A stretch of DNA of 24,756 nt from assembly GCA_043826105.1 (NCBI GenBank), contig JBDRQV010000077.1, forward strand, positions 1 through 24,756, written 5' to 3'. This document shows positions 17,829 through 24,756 of the stretch, piece by piece. Within the stretch, counting starts at the first letter, position 1. Each line of letters starts with the position of its first letter. Below the pieces are notes generated by a model. It did no database searches. It saw only the letters and a list, made by a program, of their open reading frames with translations, and was not told where the DNA came from. The stretch comes from Nanobdellota archaeon. Lineage in GTDB: Archaea; Nanobdellota; Nanobdellia; Woesearchaeales; DATDXC01. The translations under genes were made by a program, and so were the position numbers.

Positions 17829-18482
17829 TCAGAAATCCTCTAATCTTTTCTGATTTTTCATATTCTCATATTTTTTATAAGATGACCAGGAATGCCTGAA
17901 TATCTCGGGATATTTTTCCCAATTTTCCTTAAGAAATCTTTGTGTTATCTCATTAGAAGGATACCCCGGTCCACAATTGCCATATTTATTCTGGATCTTC
18001 TCTATCTCTCTGTCCCTGACTACTTTCGCAAGGATGGAAGCAGCCCCAACATATACTCTTTCCAGGTCAGCTTTATGCATGCATTCCAACTCAACCTTCT
18101 TGTTTTTCAATAGGTTCATCAAGTAATCTGAATAAGCTTTGCAATTATTAGAGGGACTGTCTACAGTGACCATATCAGGCTTTAGCTTGTTTATTATCTC
18201 AGCTGATTTGTGGGCTTCTAACCAATTCAGGTTCAGCTCTTCTGACTCAAGAGCCTTATCTATCTCAGCAGGTTCAGTTATGATTATCTCAAATGCTTTG
18301 ACAATTTTCTTGATCTTATCAAACATATATTCTCTTTTTTCTTTGCTAAGCAGTTTAGAATCCGTCACACCCATAGCTTCTAATTTAGGCAGGTCTTTCT
18401 TATCGATCAATATGCCTGCCATTACCATGGGACCTATCACAGGGCCTCTTCCAGCTTCATCAATACCGCATATCAATGTCAT
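17829..18482 (-). CDS. rnhB: Ribonuclease HII (archaeal type) with C-terminal PIP box
   Basis: GIDEAGRGPVIGPMV, DSK, VDS, HKAD, AASILAKV, GPGYPS; terminal QKRLEDF. Confidence 0.96.
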   Translation of the reverse strand: MTLICGIDEAGRGPVIGPMVMAGILIDKKDLPKLEAMGVTDSKLLSKEKREYMFDKIKKIVKAFEIIITEPAEIDKALESEELNLNWLEAHKSAEIINKLKPDMVTVDSPSNNCKAYSDYLMNLLKNKKVELECMHKADLERVYVGAASILAKVVRDREIEKIQNKYGNCGPGYPSNEITQRFLKENWEKYPEIFRHSWSSYKKYENMKNQKRLEDF

Positions 18483-18500
18483 AATCAGAAATAAACAGCT

Positions 18501-19406
18501 TTATTTTAAATATTTATCGAACCATTCGATGGAAATCGCCATAGCTTCTTCTTCTGTTTCAACATCTTTTGTCCCATTCTTCAGCTCAAAATCATGGCCC
18601 AAATATCCATATGTGATAAATTTATAATTTTTTCCATACTTGATCAACTGATTTTCTAAGTCAATTGCATATTCATACGGCATTAGGTTATCTATCTTTC
18701 CATGGAATATCAACAACGGAGCATTTATTTTCTCAACACAATAGATTGCGGATCTTTTTAACAGTTGGTTGTCCAGCTCATTTTCAGGCATTGGCTTTTT
18801 GACTGCTGAGACCCATGGCATTACCGGATCATCAGCTCCTTTAATATTCTCAAATCTTTTTTTGATATCTGTTGCTCCCCAAAACTCAATGCCTACCTTA
18901 AAATCTTGGCTTAGTTCCATGGCCTGCACAGTTATAGCCCCACCATGGCTAAATCCCATAACTCCAATCCGGTCTTTATCAACTTTGTTGAAATTCTTTC
19001 CACATTCCAGCAGATTCAATACATCTGTGGTTTCTCCTAAAGCAACTTCAATCTGTCCCTCAGAGCCGCCCTCTCCTCTGTACTGTGAAGCTAAGACAAC
19101 ATACCCGTTATTTGCCAGCTCCCTTATCCAATTCATCTCTTCAATACCAGCCCTTCCGCCATGATTGAATATGATCAAAGGCAAATCATCAACAATCCTT
19201 GGGTCTGCCATAATCCCATTTATCTTTAATTTTCCACTATAATATTCAATATTGCTTATGGTAATGTTTTCATCTTCTTCAATCACATCAATCACATTGA
19301 AGTCTGAACAAGAATAATCTTTTTTTTGTATAGCACACTCTTCAACAGTCGTGCAGGAAGTTATAAAAATTATCAAAATCAGTAAAAATATGCCTCTTTT
19401 TTCCAT
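18501..19406 (-). CDS. S9/prolyl-oligopeptidase-like alpha/beta hydrolase, predicted lipoprotein
   Basis: Lipobox-like IITSC after a hydrophobic stretch; HGG, YRGEGGSEG, nucleophile GFSHGG, HGKID, GHDF. Confidence 0.85.
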   Translation of the reverse strand: MEKRGIFLLILIIFITSCTTVEECAIQKKDYSCSDFNVIDVIEEDENITISNIEYYSGKLKINGIMADPRIVDDLPLIIFNHGGRAGIEEMNWIRELANNGYVVLASQYRGEGGSEGQIEVALGETTDVLNLLECGKNFNKVDKDRIGVMGFSHGGAITVQAMELSQDFKVGIEFWGATDIKKRFENIKGADDPVMPWVSAVKKPMPENELDNQLLKRSAIYCVEKINAPLLIFHGKIDNLMPYEYAIDLENQLIKYGKNYKFITYGYLGHDFELKNGTKDVETEEEAMAISIEWFDKYLK

Positions 19407-19456
19407 TATCTCTATTTTTTTACTAATTAAATATATAAAAGTTTTGGAATCTATAT

Positions 19457-20050
19457 CTAAAACTCATCCAATCTTATATCCTTCCTAAATTTTTCTTTCT
19501 CGACCTTTAAGCTGCCCCAGTTATGAAACTTTTTAGGGATATTCTTTAAGAAATACTTCTTATTCTTCCTTTCTTTGATAAACTGTGAATCATAATAGCC
19601 TTCCCAGACAGAATCTTCATCAAATTCTGTCAGATCAGACAATATTGAGTTTTCAGGCATTATCTTCTCAAATTCAGGGAGCAGCTCATCAATTTTCTTA
19701 TCATAAATAACCAGATCAGTTGTCTTAGATATGACAAACGTTCCTCTTTTAGATTCGACCATTATGGTAAACATCGGAAACCTAGATAAAAACCATCTAG
19801 CTACCAGATCTTCAACAAAATGTTCAGGATCAATTGAGCAGTAAACAATAGAGTGCTTGCTTATCTTCATACGGCAGAATGCTCTTGACCTTTGGTAACA
19901 TCCAGCTACCTGCCTGTTCCAGTTATACACCCTTCTGGCTTCAGGTGTAGCTAAATTCTCGACAAAAACAACATCCTGCTTTCTGACTATATCATAAACT
20001 TTCTTGTCAAAATTCTTATGCCGGTTTGCCAAATTAAATTCTTTATGCAT
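19457..20050 (-). CDS. DUF4130 / TIGR03915-type putative DNA metabolism protein
   Basis: AFCRM...IDPEH...WFLSRFP and WEGYYDSQFIKERKN...IPKKF match the DUF4130 pattern; 8-nt overlap with the upstream rSAM. Confidence 0.8.
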   Translation of the reverse strand: MHKEFNLANRHKNFDKKVYDIVRKQDVVFVENLATPEARRVYNWNRQVAGCYQRSRAFCRMKISKHSIVYCSIDPEHFVEDLVARWFLSRFPMFTIMVESKRGTFVISKTTDLVIYDKKIDELLPEFEKIMPENSILSDLTEFDEDSVWEGYYDSQFIKERKNKKYFLKNIPKKFHNWGSLKVEKEKFRKDIRLDEF

Positions 20051-21167
20051 ATTCCATCAGCATTTTCTGTCTTTTTCCATCTAGTCTTATAAATGGCAAA
20101 GCCCTCTTAAGGACTATCCCCATATTTTTCAATTGATCCTTCTTGATAATCTTAATACTATTTTTCTGCATATCTAATATGCGATGCGCAGAAGTAGGAC
20201 CGATTCCAGGAACCCTTATCAATTCATTCCATGATGCTTCATTCAGATCAACACCACCATCAAAAAAATTTCGGGCCAAAGCAATTTTTGGGTCGATATT
20301 AGGGAGCATTTCATCTTCCATTATCTCTTTAAACTCTTTTAATGGGATATGGTACTTGCGTAGCATAAAATCAATATTATACAGATGATGTTCTCTCAAT
20401 AGGCCAATCTTTCGCTTACTTTCAAAAGGAGTCTTTGGAACAGGTACAAAAGCAGAATAATATCCTCTTTTAAGATTTATATTTTTATACTCCCAATCGA
20501 TCATCTTTAATATTTCCATATCAGTTTCGTCAGAACCTCCGACCACAAGTTGAGTTGTCTGGCCAGAGTGCAGATTCATCCTTTTTAACCATGCCTGTCT
20601 GCGTAATATGTCTATCTTATAATCTTTTACAGACGAAATCTCTGACATCCTTGATTTATTCGGAGCTTCCAGATTTATAGACATCCTGTCTGCAAACTCT
20701 GATGACTGCTTTATCAGCTCATAAGATGTACCCGGCAACACCTTAAAATGGATATACCCCTGAAATTTATACTTATTACGGATTAGATTACAGGCTTCAA
20801 TCATCCTCTCAGTAGTTGTATCGGGATTATTCTCAACTCCCGAACTTATAAACAATCCTTCTACATAATTTCTAACATAAAGGTTCATAAACACTTTGGC
20901 AAATTCTTCAGGCTCAAACCTCGTCGGTTTTTTATTACATCCTGCAGAATTAGCACAATATTTACAATCAAATGAACATGCATTAGAATATAATGTCTTC
21001 CATAAAGAGATGCATTGGCCATCCTCTGTAAACGAATGACAGATCCCACAACCAGCAGCATTACCTATCCTATCTGTGCCGCTAACTTTCCTGTTAGACG
21101 CAGAACTAGCGCAAGTGTCCCATTTAGCAGATTCACCTAAGATTTTAACTTTCTCTAACGGATCCAT
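20043..21167 (-). CDS. Putative DNA modification/repair radical SAM protein with helix-hairpin-helix (TIGR03916-type)
   Basis: AKWDTCASS, GICHSFTEDGQCISL, CSFDCKYC, YVEGLFISS, YIHFK, SINLE, QTTQLVVG, YYSAFVP, REHHLY, DPK, HhH LIRVPGIG. Confidence 0.92.
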   Translation of the reverse strand: MDPLEKVKILGESAKWDTCASSASNRKVSGTDRIGNAAGCGICHSFTEDGQCISLWKTLYSNACSFDCKYCANSAGCNKKPTRFEPEEFAKVFMNLYVRNYVEGLFISSGVENNPDTTTERMIEACNLIRNKYKFQGYIHFKVLPGTSYELIKQSSEFADRMSINLEAPNKSRMSEISSVKDYKIDILRRQAWLKRMNLHSGQTTQLVVGGSDETDMEILKMIDWEYKNINLKRGYYSAFVPVPKTPFESKRKIGLLREHHLYNIDFMLRKYHIPLKEFKEIMEDEMLPNIDPKIALARNFFDGGVDLNEASWNELIRVPGIGPTSAHRILDMQKNSIKIIKKDQLKNMGIVLKRALPFIRLDGKRQKMLMEYA

Positions 21168-21918
21168 TTTTTAATGTCTGTTTTTTTAATTCACTATAAG
21201 CATAATCAGCGATTTTCTTAAGATTAAACACATCATCCTCATTATATTCCACTAATAGGTTTAAATAATAATCATCTCCAGAACCTTTGAACATCTTCCA
21301 TAACAACAAAGGATCACCATTGTATATCTTCTCAATAATCTTATTCCTTTCTATACCTAATCTCTTTTCAATCATCTTTAATCCGCCTTTCAATCCGATC
21401 CTGGAACAAGCAACCCTTAGGTCAAAGTTAGGGACATTAGGCAACACATCAGGATATCTTTTTTTAATAAATGGGACATCAAAAGTTGCGCCATTAAAAG
21501 TGATGATCAGGTTATATCTGCTCAATTCCTCTCTTAACGATCCATAATCCATATTGATGCTCTTTATCATCGTCTTAGTATTTAACCCATCAAACAATCC
21601 GATCAATGTGATATCATCATAACTGCCAACTCCAGTTGTTTCAATATCTAAGAATACTGCCTGATCTTTAAAAAAATCATAGATCCTCCATGTCTCAGAT
21701 TGTGGTAATCTTTCTAAGAAATATCTGCTATTAAAACTATAGAGTGCACTTTGTGCATCTGCTAATTGTCTGTCATAATACTTTTTTCTATGATCTGAAA
21801 TGCCTCTTATCTTCTTAGCCTTTAAGAAATCATCCCAATTGGTTATGCCCTGGCTCCATATACTTTGTTCTGTTCTATATTTTACCCTTTTCAAAAAAAT
21901 GAAGCTTTGTTCGATCAT
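21145..21918 (-). CDS. RNase H-like DEDD 3'-5' exonuclease (YprB/RNase_H_2 family)
   Basis: FLDIETTG, FNGATFDVP, FDL, GGLKMIE, YNEDDV; 23-nt overlap with the rSAM start. Confidence 0.88.
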   Translation of the reverse strand: MIEQSFIFLKRVKYRTEQSIWSQGITNWDDFLKAKKIRGISDHRKKYYDRQLADAQSALYSFNSRYFLERLPQSETWRIYDFFKDQAVFLDIETTGVGSYDDITLIGLFDGLNTKTMIKSINMDYGSLREELSRYNLIITFNGATFDVPFIKKRYPDVLPNVPNFDLRVACSRIGLKGGLKMIEKRLGIERNKIIEKIYNGDPLLLWKMFKGSGDDYYLNLLVEYNEDDVFNLKKIADYAYSELKKQTLKNGSVRES

Positions 21919-21930
21919 CTGATTGCTCAG

Positions 21931-21980
21931 TTAACTATAATTTACCATGTTTAACCATATTTAACTATCTTTTCGATAGT
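21931..21980. promoter_or_regulatory. Candidate operator/promoter: four 10-bp tandem imperfect repeats plus a 6-5-6 inverted repeat upstream of the exonuclease-rSAM operon
   Basis: TTAACTATAA/TTTACCATGT/TTAACCATAT/TTAACTATCT (21931-21970); ACTATC-N5-GATAGT (21964-21980). Confidence 0.55.
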
Positions 21981-22103
21981 CTCCCTATTTAAATACGCTA
22001 CGCATATCTGTCCAGTGTCCAGTGCTTACTAGATTATTGATGATTAGGGCCTAAAAACTATAAATTTGCAGGAATAAGCCTTGTCTAGTGGTTTGATAAA
22101 AAA

Positions 22104-22111
22104 ATATATAA
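22104..22111 (+). promoter_or_regulatory. TATA box (TATATAAA) for the 22137 gene, probably leaderless
   Basis: A-rich BRE-like stretch upstream; ATG ~26 nt downstream. Confidence 0.5.
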
Positions 22112-22136
22112 ATAAAACAGCATTACCTTTATTAAA

Positions 22137-23387
22137 ATGTTCAGCTTTATTCGAAATCTATTCAAACAACCAGAACCAGATACAAGCTCTTTAAATCTAT
22201 CTGATCTTAAGGAATTCTTCAACCAACAATCGAGGGATTATACTAAAGATTTAAACGAAAATATTGAAAAATTGAAAGGTAAGATAGCCCTGGAGATACA
22301 TAATACAAGACAAAACTTAAAAGTTCTTAAAAACGCAGAGTTAAGGAACCAGAATGTGCCTATAAAAGCAAGACAATTTTTAGATGGCAATAGGGAATCT
22401 TATGTGAGGACAGTAAATAATCTGATCGAAAATATCTCTTTAGGCAATAGCTATGATTCATTATTCTCATTTTCAATCGATTTTGACCAAAAACTAGAAG
22501 ACTTTGCAAAATCAACAACCAAACCGTATAAGATTCTTCAGGAATTTCTTGCTCATGAATCAAGAGAGATAGCATTGAACATAAAAAATCTGGATTCTTT
22601 TTCAAAAGAACTAAAAAAAGCGATAGAAGAAAAAAATCTAGGCAAACTTAAGAAATTAAAAGATAATATACTAAGTATAGATAGTATAAAAGAAAGAAAA
22701 AATAGCTTATTGAAGGAATTAGCAGAAAAACAAAAGCTAAAAAAAGAAAAGCTAGAATTAAAAGAAAAACTGGTCAATCTTCATGAAGAGATAAAATCAA
22801 GCAACGAATATACAGATATGTTGTCATTGAAAGAGCTTAAGAAAAGGACAGCGATACAACTTGATAATATAGAGAGCAACCTATTTCATTCATTCTCAGT
22901 TATCAACGCTGCGTTAAGGAAATATGCAAGGATAACTCTAAAAGATGTAGATTTATTGGAAAACTACATAGACGATCCTGTCAATATGTTGTTAAAGGAC
23001 GAAGACCTGAACATTCTTGAGTTGTTGGAAGGAACAAGGAAAAACATACTCAACAACAGCATTGAATTAAAAGATAAGAAAAAAGACAAGACATTGGATG
23101 AGATAAACAAGCTGAACGAAGAATTTTTCAAAAGTTTCAAGGCAAGCTATTCCAATACTAAACAAAAGATGGCAGAATTAGATGAAAAGATATCCAATAA
23201 CAACTCTAAGGCAAAATTAGCAGAATTAAACGAAAAACTTGAAAATGTTATCCTTTCATTGCAGAATCTGGATGGTGCTATATCATCCCTAGAGCAAGAA
23301 TCTAAAAAGATAAATATTGAAAATATGAAGATAGAATTAGAAAATCAGATAAAAGATGTTTTTGGACTGGGCATATCTATTCACTAG
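22137..23387 (+). CDS. Coiled-coil-rich hypothetical protein
   Basis: 416 aa, K/E/L heptad-rich, no recognisable catalytic motif. Confidence 0.8.
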   Translation: MFSFIRNLFKQPEPDTSSLNLSDLKEFFNQQSRDYTKDLNENIEKLKGKIALEIHNTRQNLKVLKNAELRNQNVPIKARQFLDGNRESYVRTVNNLIENISLGNSYDSLFSFSIDFDQKLEDFAKSTTKPYKILQEFLAHESREIALNIKNLDSFSKELKKAIEEKNLGKLKKLKDNILSIDSIKERKNSLLKELAEKQKLKKEKLELKEKLVNLHEEIKSSNEYTDMLSLKELKKRTAIQLDNIESNLFHSFSVINAALRKYARITLKDVDLLENYIDDPVNMLLKDEDLNILELLEGTRKNILNNSIELKDKKKDKTLDEINKLNEEFFKSFKASYSNTKQKMAELDEKISNNNSKAKLAELNEKLENVILSLQNLDGAISSLEQESKKINIENMKIELENQIKDVFGLGISIH

Positions 23388-24588
23388 CCCCATAATCCTT
23401 ATTGCCTTTCAATGCTTCTAAAGCTTCTAAAGTTCCTTTAGTATATAGCTTGATAGATGCTCCTCCTCCTGTTGAAACAACACCCTTTAATCCATGATAA
23501 GCCTCTAAAGTTTCTCCTCCACCCATTATCACATAGGCATCCTGTAAAATTTCAGCGATCTTCTTTACAGACTTATCAAAACCACAATCAAAAATACCAG
23601 TAGGTCCAAATATGATGGCAATCTCAGCTTTTTTTATCTTTTCAGCCATACCCTCATCAATAATGATGTCAGTTATCATATGGTCTTTTGGCACACCATC
23701 TTCAATACTCACTTCCTTGCTTCCTTTAACATCATAAACTGATTTAGCCACAACAACATTTTCAGCTAAAATTAGATTAAGGCAGGCATCAGCAACCTCT
23801 TTGCCCTTTTTAGAATAATCCTTGCCATCATCTACAGTTAATGAATTTCCGGTCTCATATCCCTGTCCTTTGCGTATGGTATTATATACTGTTCCACCAA
23901 CAAGTATATTATCTACAGATTTGGAAAATTTAGAAACAGCCTTTAACTTCTCCTTGATCTTCTTTCCACCAACGATCAATAATTTAGAGCCTGTCTTTTT
24001 CCTAGCATCATTCCATAAGTCAAGCTCTTTTTTCATCAAAAAGCCTATCCCTACTGGCTTTCCATCGTCTATCATCTTCAATGCACAGGCTGCAATAGAT
24101 GCCTGCCATCTATGCGCAGCTCCGAAACAATCGTTAACATACACATCCCCCAGTTTGGCTAATGAATCAGCAAAATTAGCATCATTTGCCTGTTCTTCTT
24201 TATACAGCCTTAAGTTCTCTAACATCAATACTTCGCCATCTTGCAGTTCGTCTACCATGACTTCAACTTCTTCACCGATAGAATCAGGAGCTAACTTTAC
24301 TTCTTTACCAAGTAACCTGCTTAGATGCTCAGCAACAGGTTTAAATGTGTTTTTCTCCTTTACAACTTTGATATCTATACCTTCTTCCAGCTCTTCTTGC
24401 GGTCTTCCCAAATGAGCCATAATGATCAATTTTCCGCCCTTTTTTATGATATATTCAATAGTAGGCATAGAAGCTTTTATCCTTGTATCATCTTTTATTT
24501 TTCCATCTTTCACAGGAACATTAAATTCAACTCTTAACAGGACTCTCTTTCCAGCAAGGTCTAACTCTTCAACTGACTTTATATCCAT
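23377..24588 (-). CDS. pgk: Phosphoglycerate kinase (divergent, bacterial-like N-domain)
   Basis: RVLLRVEFNVP, DDTRI, HLGRP, LENLR, ND.FG.AHR, GGK, GGGET, STGGGAS. ATG 24588 follows SD GGGGTGAT (24600-24593). Confidence 0.93.
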   Translation of the reverse strand: MDIKSVEELDLAGKRVLLRVEFNVPVKDGKIKDDTRIKASMPTIEYIIKKGGKLIIMAHLGRPQEELEEGIDIKVVKEKNTFKPVAEHLSRLLGKEVKLAPDSIGEEVEVMVDELQDGEVLMLENLRLYKEEQANDANFADSLAKLGDVYVNDCFGAAHRWQASIAACALKMIDDGKPVGIGFLMKKELDLWNDARKKTGSKLLIVGGKKIKEKLKAVSKFSKSVDNILVGGTVYNTIRKGQGYETGNSLTVDDGKDYSKKGKEVADACLNLILAENVVVAKSVYDVKGSKEVSIEDGVPKDHMITDIIIDEGMAEKIKKAEIAIIFGPTGIFDCGFDKSVKKIAEILQDAYVIMGGGETLEAYHGLKGVVSTGGGASIKLYTKGTLEALEALKGNKDYGASE

Positions 24589-24648
24589 CCAAATCACCCC
24601 ATTAGAATAATCTTTCTATAATTTATATATAAACATTATTATGCTGAG

Positions 24649-24756
24649 TTATATAAGTCTGAATTTCTCTAATATCCTGCCAAGGATTTTTTTCTTTATA
24701 TGTATTGCATCATAAGGGCAGATCTCATGGCAGCAGAAACACATTATACAATTATC
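24649..24756 (-). CDS. 3' end of a 4Fe-4S dicluster protein running in from the right edge (possibly DUF362-type)
   Basis: Hand translation DNCIMCFCCHEICPYDAIHIKKKILGRILEKFRLI*; CxxCxxCxxxCP ferredoxin motif. Confidence 0.8.
   Translation of the reverse strand, partial: DNCIMCFCCHEICPYDAIHIKKKILGRILEKFRLI

Noticed and set aside
22009-22024. TGTCCAG x2 tandem repeat
   Set aside because: Two 7-nt copies only; no associated structure or further copies seen.

Overview
AT-rich archaeal chromosomal segment, most likely Woesearchaeota/DPANN. This is inferred from TATA/BRE promoters with ~23-27 nt spacing to ATG, GGTGAT Shine-Dalgarno motifs, NreA, archaeal RNase HII with a PIP box, a KKGQ class III signal peptide and a short AlaRS. 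Standard genetic code. Housekeeping content: HD protein, rsmI, alaS, dus, MgtC-like, nreA, DHH phosphoesterase, tRNA-Gly(TCC), smc, rnhB, pgk. Four non-routine elements stand out. (1) An overlapping three-gene DNA-repair-like operon (RNase H-like exonuclease, TIGR03916-type HhH radical SAM, DUF4130) lacks the usual UdgX glycosylase. Its rSAM and DUF4130 proteins end in PCNA-interaction (PIP)-like motifs, and a 10-bp-periodic repeat/inverted-repeat operator candidate lies upstream. (2) A ~300-bp array of about nine stacked hairpins includes a duplicated core with compensatory stem changes. (3) A bacterial-type acyltransferase, MJ1255-family glycosyltransferase and SPASM radical SAM cluster sits in a lineage thought to lack lipid synthesis. 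(4) An ORFan is broken by one in-frame TAG. Family names come from motif recognition by eye; no database searches were run. No CRISPR array, integrase, transposase or reverse transcriptase was seen.
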